DNA of 36,535 nucleotides from Paraglomus brasilianum (Eukaryota): NCBI GenBank assembly GCA_910592345.1, contig CAJVPI010000290.1, positions 1 to 36,535 of the forward strand, read 5' to 3'. Shown piece by piece: positions 23,127 to 35,950 of this stretch (position 1 is its first letter; each line of letters starts with the position of its first letter). The notes under the pieces were generated by a model. It saw only the letters and a program-made list of their open reading frames with translations, ran no database searches and was not told where the DNA came from. The position numbers and the translations under genes were made by a program.

Positions 23127-26100
23127 CTATGGTAGTAAATGTTTATTTTGATGCCTAAATTGTTTATAGTCAATTATTTTTACTCCGGTTGAAAGTGTTT
23201 TAATTTTCAAGTTATTTTGCATAGTTTGAAACTTTTCTTCCGAATATAAACAAACCCAAGAAAGAACATATGGCTGTAATACAGTTAAAGTTAGAATAAA
23301 GCAAACATATACTTACATATTGATAAGTCAATGAATAAATAAACCATACTTACATAAACACTATTAATATCAAATTCTAAAATAATGTCATCTTCGGTCA
23401 AAACATTAACCACACGTGGTAAAATGTATTCAACATCGCTGTCTATATATTCAATATCTATCTTATATTGTATTTCTTCAGTTGACGTCTTTATCTACAA
23501 AATCAATTTTATATTTACCATACTATATACGATACAACAAAGACCGAACCAATAATAATAATTCTGATTGAATACGTACTACAATCGTTATTGTAAACTT
23601 CCCATAATTGTACAACAAAATGCTGAGTTTGTATTTATTTGGAGGTACTTGGAATATGGGTATTGTTAACTAATATATAATTGTCTATTAGTTAAATATT
23701 CACAGCATTATACAAACATTAGACTACTATATTGATAACAAACCACTTACTTTATTAGATCCATAAAGGCACAAATAATATTTACTATTAAACAATTGAT
23801 GTTAGTAATGCATTCTTATAAATGGTAGTTAGTAAAGTTACTTACCCCCACGACGCAACATCATTGACATTTTGAATATGACTTTCATATGCAAAATGTG
23901 CTTTCAGGTGACCTAATAATAATAATAATAATAAATAAAGTAATTTAGTATGCATAATAATATATAAATTTATGCAATCAAGTGTAACCCCTTACTTTTG
24001 TGCATATAGTATACTTTCTCATAAAACGCGTCTGTATTCTTATTATTATTATGCCAAGTATTGTTATACTTGTGATACCAAGTTACAGCAGCATTGTACC
24101 ATCTGGTGTAATCATCTCTTCCATACTGATAGTTACACAGTGATTGCCATTGATTGATATTTTCTAACTCATACATTGCTTTAGCAGGGTAACTATTTAC
24201 AAGAAATTTAAACCATTCCATATCAAAATGCTCGAGCTTGTTTACAAATTCATGAATTACATTGAATGCACGGCCTTGCATGACATAATACCTTATATTC
24301 TTAATATCTTGTTCAGCCTTTTTCTTACTTATATTTTGAAGACCCATATGTGCTTCTAGACTCAAGTACCAAATATCATCATAAACATTATTCACTTCAA
24401 TTGCTGTCTCAATATCAAACAGAGCTTTTTGAAAATTCTCCTGATTGAGCTTGATCAATGCTCTATTATATAGAGCTATATAGTTTGTGGGATAGGCTTG
24501 TAATATCTGTGAGTATATGTTTAAAGCATCTTCCAATTCGCCTGTTTTATATGCAAGTTTAGCCTTTTGAAGCAATTTGTTTACATTTGGTGCTGTTATT
24601 GTCTTCCAGATTGTGCTCAAAGTGAAACCAGAATCATACTTTCTTCCTCTGCTCTTTTTCTTTTTCTTTTTAAGATTATCATGCCAATCAAATACTTCTG
24701 TAACTGTATTATTTTCAACAGTTGAATTGTAAATATCTTGATCATCTTCTGTAATATAATGCTGAATGTTATTATATACTGTCTGCTGTGGTAAATAATA
24801 CACACTGTTATTTTTAATTTCAGTTCTACAGTAGGGACATTCTTGTTTCTCCAAAGATAAAAAGACCTTGGGACTAACTGAATGTTGACAGTTAAGCTGA
24901 TATAAACCATCAACAGTTTCACAAGTGATTGGGCATTTGAAATCTTCTGCAATGTAGTGAATTGGACTCTTATCATCACACTTTTGTTTACCTTTGCCTT
25001 TCATATTCTGATTCCTCACCTTTGTAGTGTCTGGTAAGTATTTCAAACACAGTTTTGATTCAACTTCTAATTTTTCTTTCAGATAATGATAGATTTCCAC
25101 AAGTTTTGGCATATCAGCAATGTTGTCAGGTGTTGTAACAAATAATTCCTTGTTTCTAGCTTCAAGACTCAACAAAACCTCAATTGACTTAAATTGGATA
25201 AACTCACTGACTGCATTATTGAGTGAGTCTAATGCTAGGTAGTAACAGATAGCTTGTGTAGTTGCAGAAAATGTATTCTGGATAATTTGCTGGACAAGAT
25301 CTAAAATGCCAAACCAAAGTACATCACTAACTTCTTGATTCTCAACTGCATTGCCAGAATAGCACAAACTGACATGAAACCAGAGAAATTCAAGAAACAG
25401 TCTTTCCTTAAAAGCCATTGGAATGCCACAATCTTTTTCCTGACTCCACTTATCAAGAGCCTTTTGTAATTTAATAAGTCTTCTCCAAGTTGTGTACCAT
25501 GATTCACCTGATGATTCAACCTGGAATGATTCTGCAAGGTAATTCCATGCTCTCTCCAAATCGAAATCACCAAGAGAAACTTCGGCACCAGTAGTCATTT
25601 TAAGCCCAATTTTGGCTAATGTGGGAGCAGAAACAAGTAGGGCTTTTAGTACCGCAATGGCTTGATCAAAATTTGTCTGCTTGTAGTTCATATCGCCACA
25701 AATACTATTCAGAGTATTTTTAATAATTTTGAAGAGATATTTATTATCATAATTGCATCTAAAACTCTTGGTATTTTCATCCGGTTCATTAAATTCTGAA
25801 CAATTGGGCTTCCAAAAATTTCTTCCATGTTGCAAAATTGTTTCGTTCGTCCTTTTGTACATGGAAGTGGTTTTTCTAACGTTGTTCAGAAACTGACTTG
25901 TAAGCATAGGTTTACGATCGCACAGTTGCTCCAGTATAGCTGTAATGGTTCGTAATTGCCATTCCAGTTTAATAGGGGCTTCTTCTGAAAATGCCATGTC
26001 GTCTGTTTGAGGACGAAGACCCTCCATAGCCGCTACTATCATCTCTAATGATACTGAATTACCTTCATGTTCAAGAATATACTTGAGAGCGTAAAGATTT

Positions 26101-26352
26101 TCTGGGAGATTTATTTTTACAAGCAATATTTCTATCTGCGCATCTGCGGAAGTATGTCCCTGTTCAATCAGCTTGCGTATGAGTTTAGGGAGATGGAGAC
26201 TGCCCGAGTTTGCAGTGCTGTTCAGCGTTGATACATAGCTAGTGGAGGTGGAGTTTTCGGTTCCCTATAATATAATGTAGCGGCCAACACTTAATATTAG
26301 GGTAAGTGCAATGTGCGATAAAATGTTTTGTTCTATATACCTCGTATGCCAT
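23127..26352 (-). CDS. 919-aa seven-exon protein (B1): helical N-domain, degenerate RING, TPR repeats, beta-rich C-terminal domain
   Basis: Exons 26352-26341, 26264-23996, 23912-23846, 23784-23751, 23669-23580, 23494-23354, 23273-23127. All introns GT-AG with compatible phases (total 2760 nt) and the same positions as in B2. RING-like CPIT..CQH..CPYCR, basic NLS-like KKKKKKSRGRK, TPRs (ALYNRA..ALFDIETAIEVN). Confidence 0.9.
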
Positions 26353-26918
26353 TGCAAGAATACTTTCTTCGGTCGGCTTCACAATAGGGTACTGTATTTC
26401 TATTTGTTTACATCAATTTTCTCTGTTATTCCCTATTGGCTATTTTATGTATAGCAGGGTGTGACATGCTAATAGCAGGCAGGGATGTTCTTGTGTCTTG
26501 TACACCACTGTTAAAGTCGTTATCCACATTTGGGTAGCCCTCATTAGCTCATCTCCCTAAATACTAACAGATTTGGAAAGTTTGGGACGATGGTGTTCAT
26601 TAGCTCTTGTCAAATAAAGCGTAAGCAGTAACATCGTAAATTTTTTGACTACAAATAACACGTGTCAGAATTCAGAATCTTTATAAAGTTACGCCTAGTA
26701 TCAGAGTCTGGAGAATTGATGCACGTAACAGTAATTGCGTTTAATATTAAATGCAAGTTTATCAGACGTTAGACTGGCGAATGATTAGTCAAATTCCGTA
26801 TTTGTATTTCATCTGATCGTTGGGTTCAAACTGTTTGCTCGAGATTTATACCGTTGAATGAGTAATATGTTATCTCTTGATAGATTGGAGTGCGAATATA
26901 ATATGATCTGATGTTAAA

Positions 26919-28428
26919 TGTTCTGACCCCAATTCGACCCACCCAAATCGCAATTCGATTTGGGTTGGCCGATATTTATCCAACATAGTCACATAATTTA
27001 TGCACAACGGTTGGACAGATATCGTTAGTCGGGATACACAGCAGAATATGCGTTATGCATTTATTTCTTGAGAGTAGTAAAGTATCCTTTATTTCAAAAC
27101 GAACGAAATTCAATAAAACGTTTCGAGTGATTAGATCGAACAGTCTGACTGACAACCACATGTATTTGACCCTCCACCATTGACTAGTGCAAAATGTCCT
27201 GCTACTTCGGTTAGTGAGACAGTCCTAGTGTTATGTTTTCCAACTCAAGAAGTCTGTTAGTGCGTTGCTTATCTCTCTTACAATCTCCAACACTTGGGCT
27301 TTGCTGATACTGAGGCTAGCTTGGATCGTGACTTGTGCAAATGCAGTAACTACCTTCTTGGAATGTAACTGTATTGAAGTTGGATATTCTTTTGTAGCCA
27401 GCATGTTGTAAATTATAATGTAAAGCACAGATTATATCATACGTATTCTCCTTAACACACACACGGGATTTCTTTAGTAACTTTGCCCTCAGAAGTAACA
27501 GCCGTACGTGTGTGTTTTGCGTATTATTTGGGTTTACCGTATCGAGGAGCAAGAAAAGGTTATTAGCTGATTTCAAAAGAACAAAATATTAATTCTATGT
27601 GATATTTTAAAAGGGCGAGGCAAATATACCGCAGAATGAATGGCCTCGGCAAATAGTTTTTGGTATTTTTCTTTCGAGCAACCACATTTTCATTTATTTT
27701 CTTCTGACATATTTTCTTAATTTTTCTTTTCAGTAAGTTCTATTTCTTTCTAATTTTATCTGCTTGAATGTCGCAATGCTGAATATCGCGAGTTAAATAA
27801 TATTTCTTATGCTTATAATAATAAAAAAGACGGGTCCGTATTATTTCATCGACAATCATTTCACCGACAGTACATTTCACCGACAATTAACTACCAAAAA
27901 AGGATAACTTCGAAATAATGTTGGTGAAGATTTGTCGGTGAAATGATTGTCAACGAAATGATTGTCGACGAAATGATTGTCGACGAAATGATTGTCGACG
28001 AAATGATTGCCTCCCAAAAAAGACATATTGGTTTTCGAAGAGGCGCCAATATGCATCACAGCCAGCGAATGTATGCTGTATCCAGTGTTTGCACCCATAT
28101 TTAAACTGCAGTTTCTCGAGTCAGAACAACATTGATATGGCGAATTGGTGACAGGTAAGCCTCCACCAGTTTATCAATTAGCAGGGATAAAGGTAAATCA
28201 TACGGTCTATCATGTGATGAATCGATTAGAGACTCATCATCACGAAGTAATATGATTGAAACATATGTCAGCTAATTAGTAAACCAATAACAAGCACTTT
28301 CGTTTCTCCAATGTAGTATAATATGCGATAAATATATACCAAATTATGTGACAATGTCGAAATAAATATCGCTCTGAGCTTATTTTGATTTGGGTTGACC
28401 CGATTTCGAATTGGGTTGGGTCAGAACA
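26919..28428 (-). mobile_element. Decayed Ginger-like (integrase-type) DNA transposon with TGT...ACA TIRs
   Basis: TIRs TGTTCTGACCC (from 26919) and GGGTCAGAACA (to 28428) with ACCCAA subterminal repeats. Internal minus-strand RVCVKENTYDIICALHYNLQHAGYKR..YSYIPR..VVTAF (frameshifted) resembles an integrase H2C2 zinc-binding region. No exact TSD. Confidence 0.6.
27832..28015. mobile_element. 184-bp Mutator-like MITE, copy 2, nested in the Ginger-like relic
   Basis: Perfect 9-bp TSD AAAAAAGAC (27823-27831 and 28016-28024). Reverse complement of 12038-12176 plus three extra 15-bp units (GAAATGATTGTCGAC): 139+45=184. Confidence 0.9.
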
Positions 28429-28547
28429 TTTATAATTGTTAAAAACTAATGCGAAAATTGTATCAATGTTAATCGTTCTTTTTTGATGTATCCGCAGCAA
28501 AGTCACGTAATGTAAAAATTGGCGCCTATCATCGTAGCCGATCGCAA

Positions 28548-28869
28548 ACCCTCCATAGCCGCTACTAGCATCTCTAATGACACTAAATTACCTTGTTCAA
28601 GAATATACTTAAGGGCGTAGAGATTTTCTGGGAGATTTATTTTTACAAGCAATATTTCTATCTGCGCATCTGCGGAAGTATGTCCCTGTTCAATCAGCTT
28701 GCGTATGAGTTTAGGGAGATGGAGACTGCCCGAGTTTGCGGTGCTGTTCAGCGTTGATACATAGCTAATGGAGGTGGAGTTTTCGGTTCCCTATAATATA
28801 ATGTGGCGGCCAACACTTAATATTAGAGTAAGTGCAACGTGCGATAAAATGTTTTGTTTTATACCTCGT
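28548..28869 (-). pseudogene. 5' stub of a third B-gene copy (exon 1, intron 1, start of exon 2)
   Basis: Near-identical to 26019-26365. ATG at 28856, retains the B1-type LHLP insertion, has a 3-nt deletion, and breaks off after ..AAMEG about 120 bp from the Ginger-like TIR. Confidence 0.9.
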
Positions 28870-30280
28870 ATGCCATTGCAAAAATACTTATGAGCGCCAC
28901 CTCTTCCTATTGGTTCTGGTTGTTCGTGTGACATGTTTATTGTGACTTTTACTGCGGTCTAATGTATTAGTCGGTATTAATTCCATAATGCTTGTATTTT
29001 TGTCAGTATTTGAGTATTGTGGTATTTTGATAAATGGTCTAAACCCACAGTAATTTCAGCGTCAAATAAAGAGGTCACAAGACAAGTAAACCGATAGAAT
29101 AAAACTGTCTTTTGGAGCAGCAAATAATTTAACTAAATGGCACCAATTTTTACCTATGCAAATGCTTTCTTACGCATTTCTTTAGAAAATGGATTTGGCT
29201 TACATAGCGGTATTCATAGTTATACGCAAATTGCATTTCCTATCAACCGCAGAGTGCAACAATTCTTGAGGAGCCGGTCGAGAAAGGGCCGAAAAAATGA
29301 AAGCGCTCAATTGCCGGCTAACAAATATTATATTAATTTCCCAGCATAGTAAATTATGATTATGTACAAGTAGCGTAGGCTAATTTTTAAATATTTGAAT
29401 CAGCTTTGACAAGAATTAATTTTGCGAGATCACAAACCAAGTAGCAAAGGCCAGACTTTAAAAAAAATTTTTTTTGCGTTTTTGAGCTTTACAATCTAAA
29501 ACGCAGAATCTCAACTTAGTACTCAGACGCTCAGTCGTAGTCACTGGTATTTGTTAAATTTGAAACCCGAGTGATTTAACTACCTTTATGCACAAGTCGG
29601 CGAAAGGCTTTATTATTTGTTAACGTATAGTTTTGCGTTCCTTTATATAGATAATTCATGATAGAAACTCCTTTTCACATAATTATCAAAATATTTGCCT
29701 GGGTTTCGTCTTTTATTTAATAATTTTAAACTAACATATGTCCATTTGGAACTGACACATATCAATTCAGAATTGACATAAAACTCATACTGACATACAG
29801 CATTACCAATATTTCGTTAAAATGTAAAACAACCTTTGCTCATATAGCGCATTGTGATTAGAAGCGCAACCATAATGTTTACATACGCTCATTAATTTTA
29901 AGCATAATTTTTCAATACACAACCTATCGGCTAATAGTGTTCTGTTTTTTGATTTGCGCTTCCTATTTTGAAAGCCGCTATAATTGTTTATGTTGGCCCA
30001 ATGTATGGTTTGGGATAGTTGAAACGACAATAACATTTTATACTGTAACAAGCTATTTTTATAAATTACTAACACACATATATCTGCTTTCATGCGTTAA
30101 TGCAATGCATAATTTTGTGTGTGTGTGTGTGTGTAGACTAGATGTAACGAATGACCAAAGTTTTAGATAATGTTTATTAACAAACTAAAGCGAGTGAATA
30201 TCGAGCTACATGAATAAGTTATGTGTATAATATCAAAAAAAACAAAACAACATAAACACACTCTATGTATTCTTTACCAA

Positions 30281-33200
30281 TCATTGTGTTAGTAAATGTT
30301 CCTTTCGATGCTTAAACTGCTTATGGTCAATTATTTTTACTCCGGCTAAAGCCGTTTCCATTTTTAAGTTATTTTGCATAGTTTGAAACTTTTCTTCCGA
30401 GTATAAACAAACCCAACCAAGGTATGCTTCTGACTAAAATAAAGTTAACGTCAGAATAAACGAATTCAATTTGCATTAAATTAACTGAGTAATAGACCAT
30501 ACTTACGCAGCTGATATCGAATCCTAAAATAATATCATCTTCGGACAAAATGTTAACTACGCATGGTAAAATGTATTCAGCAACGTCGTGTCTATGTTCA
30601 ATATCCATTTTATATTGTATTTCTTCAGTTGATGTTGTCGCCTACAAAATTTATGTTTATATTACCATACGGTGCAACAAAGACCTAATCAACAACACTT
30701 ATCGAATACGTACTACAATTGTAAATGTTGACTTTCCTATGCTGGCTAACATAATGCTGAGTTTGTATTTATTTGGAGGCACTTGGAATATGGATATTGT
30801 CAACTAATATATAATTACCCATTATTAGTAAATATTCACAATGCTGTACCTGTATTGATAATTAAACACTTACTTTATTATTTGCACAAAGACGTAAATA
30901 ATATCCCCTATTAATGAGAACGTTAATAATAGTACTGTTACAACAAATATTTATCCTGTTTATAATTACTTACACGGATCCAGCTTTATCAGTATCTTCG
31001 ATATGACTTTCAAATGCAAAATGTGCTTTCAGATAACCTAATAATAATAAATATAAATAATTAACATATGCATAATAATATATAGAATTACACAATCAGG
31101 TGTGAGCCCTTACTTTTATGCATATAATAAGCTTTTTCAAAAAACGCGTTTATATGCGGAGTGTCATACCATCTGGCGTAATTATCTGTTCCATACTGAT
31201 GGTTACACAGTGATTTCCATTCATTGACATCGTTTAAATCTTGCATTGCTTTAACAGGATAACTATTCACAAGAATTTCAAACCATTCCACATCAAAGTG
31301 CTCCAGCTTGTTTACAAATTCATAAATAATATCAAATGCCTTCTCTTGCATAATGTAATGATTTATATTCTTAATATCTTGTTCAGCCTTTTTCTTATTT
31401 TGAAGACCCATATGTGCTTTTAAGCTCAAGTACCAAATATCATCATAAACCTTGTTTACTTCAATTGCTGTCTCAATATCAAACAGTGCTTTTTCAAAAT
31501 ATCCCATTTTCAACCTGATGAATGCTCTATTATATAGAGCTATATAGTTTAGGGGATAACCATGTAATATTTGTGAGTATATGTTTAAAGCATTTTCCAA
31601 TTTACCATTTGCATATGCATTTTTAGCCTTTTGAAATAACTTGTATACACTTGGTGCTGTTATTGCCTTCCAGATTGTATTCAAAGTAAACCCAGAATCA
31701 TGTTTTCTTCTTCTTTTTTTCTTTTGCTTTTTGGGATTATCATGCCAATCAAATACTTCTGTAACTGTATTGTTTTCAGCAGTTGAATCATATGCATCTT
31801 GATCATTTTCTGTAATATAATGCTGAATGTTATTATATATCATCTGCTGCGGTAAATAATACACACTGTTCTTTTTAATTTCAGTTCTACAATAAGGACA
31901 TTCTTGTTTCTCCAAAGATAAAAAAACCCTGGGACTGACTGAATGTTGACAGTTAAGCTGATATAAACCATTAACAGTTTCAAAAGTAAGTGGGCATTTG
32001 AAATCTTCTGCAATGTAGTCAATTGGGCTCTTATGACCACCAATTTCTTTATCTTTGCCTTTTCTATCCTGATTCCTCACTTCTATTGTGGCTGGTGCAT
32101 ATTTCATGCACAATTTTGATTCAACTTCTAATTTTTCTTTCAAGTAATGGTAAATTTCCACCAGCTTTGGTATATCTTCCTCATCACAACCAGCAATGTC
32201 ATCAGGTGTTGTAACAAACAATTCCTTGTTTCTAGCTTCAAGACTCAATAAGACCTCAATTGACTTAAATTGGACAAACTCACTGACTGCATTATTGAGT
32301 GAGTCTAATGCTAGATAGTAGCAGATAGCTTGTGTAGTTGCAGAGAATGTATTCTGGATAAGTTGTTGGACAAGATCTAAAACTCCAAACCAGAGTACAT
32401 TACTAACTTCTTGATTTTCAGCAGCATTATCAGAATAGCACAAACTGATGTGAAACCAGAGAAATTCAAGGAACAGTCTTTCCTTAAAAGCTGTTGAAAT
32501 GCCACAATCCTTTTCCTGACTCCACTCATCAAGAGTCTTTTGCAGTTTAATAAGTCTTTTCCAAGTTCTGTACCATGGTTTACCTGATGATTCAACCTGG
32601 AATGCTTCTGTAAAATAATTCCAGGCTCTCTCCAAGTCAAAATTACCAAGAGAAGCTTCGACACCAGTAGTCATTTTAAGCCCCATTTTTACTAACGCAG
32701 GAGCGGAAAGAAATAGAGTTTTCAATGTCTCAATGGCTCGATCAAAGCTTGTTTGCAGGTAATTTTTGTCACCACAAATACTGTTTAACGTATTTTTAAT
32801 GATTTTGAAGAGATATTTATTGTTGTAATTGCATTTGAAACTCTTGATGTTTTTATCCGGTTCATTAAATTCCGAACAATTAGACTTCCGAAAACTTCTT
32901 CCATGTTGCATAATCTTTTCATCCGTTCTTTTGTACATGGAAGTAGTTTTTCTAATGTCATCAAGAAACTGACTTGTAAGTGCAGGCTTACGCTTACACA
33001 GTTGCTCCAGTATAGCTGTAACGGTTCGTAATTGCCATTCCAATTTAATAGGCGCTTCTTCTGAAAATGCCATGTCGTTTGTTTGAGGACGCAGACCCTC
33101 TATAGCCGCTACTAGCATCTCTAACGACACTGAATTACCTTCATGTTCAAGAATATACTTGAGAGCGTAAAGATTTTCTGGGAGATTTATTTTTACAAGC

Positions 33201-33411
33201 AATATTTCTATCTGCGCATCTGCGGAAGCGTGCCCCTGTTCAATCAGTTTGCGTATAAGTTTAGGGAGACTGCCCGAGTTTGCAACACTGTTCATCGTTG
33301 ATACATAGTTGATGAAGGTCGAGTTTTCGGTTTTCTGTAATATAACTGTAACGGTTAACACTTAATGATAAAGTAAGTGCAAAATTTTTTTGTTCATACC
33401 TCATATGCCAT
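30281..33411 (-). CDS. 902-aa seven-exon protein (B2), paralog of B1
   Basis: Exons 33411-33400, 33334-31114, 31037-30974, 30907-30874, 30803-30714, 30641-30507, 30433-30281. GT-AG introns, compatible phases (total 2709 nt), TGA at 30281-30283. Same domain order as B1. Confidence 0.9.
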
Positions 33412-34759
33412 TACAAGAGTAGTCACTTCATTCATCGAATGCTTAGCCCATACTTAACACCGGGAACGGTGATCCTATTGGTTCGGGTCCATCATTGTGT
33501 GTGACGATAACACGCCGATCAAACAGTAATGGTATTCTGTATATATATAGAAACCCATCTCATTCGATCCTAAAAAAATTTTTATGTAGCTATATCATTT
33601 TGAAGCAAATGACTGCATGCAGGTACGGAAATTTTTTTTGTAATTACAGTCATGTAGATCAATCAGTTCGAGAACAATCTGCAATCGTACTCGAAATCTG
33701 ATTGGTGCTGTAATATCGCAAACTAACGATGTTGGGAAATGGAAAATATGAGCCATCGGCTGAATATGTACAATAACTTACTATATCAGTATATTTTATT
33801 ACTAAGTTAAGAAATCACATGTGCTGTTGAGAAAACATATAGTATACTATAAGAGCCATAGAAATTAAATGGGTTTAGTAAAAATTTCGGGAAAATGTAA
33901 ACGGCATCAATTTTTTGCAATGAAAATGGTGTGGTTTGTTCAAAAGTAATAAAGTATACTCGATAGTAATGGAAAACATAGCTGATTAAATCCATATGCT
34001 ATGGTGAAATATGAGAATGATTGCGAATTAAAATAAGCGGATGGGTTATAGTTTTATTTTTTGGACGCTCATATTTGCATGTGACAACACATGATAGGCG
34101 GGCAAATAGGGATTATGTTGTTAAAGCCAGTCGTAAAGATGGATGATACAAACAATTGTTAGGAGAGGACAAACCAGCGTGTTGCAGAAATGCGCCAAAA
34201 ATGTCCTTCTGTTTTTAGAATATTCCATTTGACCAACGAGCGATCGATATTCCACAAAAGAATTTTTACCAGTAGAACCTGTACGTAGGTAGGAGAAAGG
34301 ACATTTACTTTTGGGATATGCACGTCATGGATACATTGAGATATCGGAGCAGTGTAAGGCATGTTCAATTATTGGAACTTGATTTGTATCTATTGCAAAT
34401 TGCAATGTTGCGTGAATTAGTAGTAAGATAGGTTTTTCAGAAATACGTTAATCAGTGTCATTATTTCTGACTACCCACATTGCAGGTATAATAAGAACAG
34501 GAAACCGAACGTAATCTTCTTCATAAAGTAAGCGTAAAATAGCTTATTGGAAAGGCGCCAGTATGTCAATTATAAGTTTGGGAAAACGATATTGGATAGT
34601 AGAGTAAAAGGTAAAGAGAATGGTTATTAATAGACCATAAATTAGTAACGTTGTAGAAAACTATTTCATCTGTTTAAAGAGAATCGACGGTAATATATCG
34701 AGAACATTGAGACATTATTTTATCTTTTCTTTTTCTTCTTTTTTTAAACTAATAATAGG

Positions 34760-35950
34760 ATGCGAAAAGAAATAAAAATTTATTTATGTAAAGGACTTCG
34801 AAATAATGTTAGTAATCTCAAATTCAGTGGTGTTCGCAAGGCTATTGTACAACTGCTTCTCATCAATAACAAAACAATTCCGCACTATGTTTTCTCATTT
34901 TTACCAATTATAGATCTGCTCCACGTATCCTTAAACTTATTTTTTTTGAATGCGTAAAGTTCTTGATAAGAAATCACAGCCATGGAGAATTGATTTATAT
35001 TGTTGATATGGTTACTTAAAGTTTGGCAATACATGCAAGAATATCGAATTCTTATATATGACTGATCTATTGAGTAATTTAATACCCTTAGTTCTTGATG
35101 TTTACGAGTAGGAGGTAATTGGTCGGTCTATGAAGAAGCCTGTATGTGTTGCTGAGGTAAACGTGCTCCTTTAATGTTTTTTTTATTGGATGGAGACTAG
35201 TCATTCAATGATGGATATGTTTACTAACCATCTTGCTTCTCTTAGTGATTGTCCCGCAGAAACTACGGCTAAATTTTTAGCGGCTGAGCAGCTGCTCGGT
35301 TTGTCTTTCAACAACGGCATGACAAATCTAGTTTGGCAGCACTTCAATCCCTTTTTGAATAACAGTATTAACACGTGCGAAGTAGCTATCGAAGGAACAG
35401 GATACTCGTAATGGTTAATGGAAGCAGTTGTACAAACTTTTCGTTGCCAAACTTCAGCATCATTGCTGATTATGCGGAGACCGTCAAACATATGTATAGT
35501 TTTCATACCACTTTGCAAACAATTGCTAGAAGGTAAGTACGTGCTATTGCTTATTATGTATGGAACCATTGACCACTTGTATTATCTCAACGCCTTTCTC
35601 TCTTTTTTCCTACGCTTCAATAACCGTCATTTTCTTACTGTTGCCTTTCAGACGCTGGTTTCAAAAGCCTTCTTATGGATTCATCAATTCCGCCATCAGA
35701 CTCTTCAGATACTACAAACATTACATTGATATTCATGAGCTGATCACTCTTTCGGGGGGGGGGGCAAAATATTTCAATTTACCAAGCGACAGGCGGTACT
35801 CCTATTCTCAGACAGGCAAATCTGGTTACTGTTCTGTTATATTAAACGACTCAGCAGTTACCTGTAACCAACATGATGCTATATATGATGTACTTGTGGA
35901 TAATGACTAAAGGTTTGAAACAACCACCCACTTCCTGGAGTGACAAAAAT
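34760..35950 (+). pseudogene. Decayed copy of a large, highly repeated AMF-type hypothetical ORF (probably transposon-derived; approximate ends)
   Basis: Fragments in shifting frames: FLPIIDLLHVSLN, RKVLDKKSQPWRIDL, FGNTCKNIEFLYMTDLLSNLIPLVLDVY, YEEACM, RAPLMF, FYWMETSH, LSDCPAE, FQQRHD. Family recognised from recall only. Confidence 0.55.

Noticed and set aside
24617..25588. Alternative-frame ORFs inside B1 (24617-24979, 25301-25588) mirrored in B2 (31840-32043, 32377-32664)
   Set aside because: Their apparent conservation is explained by DNA similarity of the paralogous main frames.
27877..28098. ORF with (NHFVD)n repeats, and a superficially CRISPR-like array
   Set aside because: It is the translation of the MITE's 15-bp tandem units; there are no unique spacers and no cas genes.
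33660..33704. Imperfect hairpin caatcag-ttcgag...ctcgaa-ctgattg upstream of B2
   Set aside because: Short and imperfect; more likely paired CCAAT-like motifs than an RNA gene or terminator.
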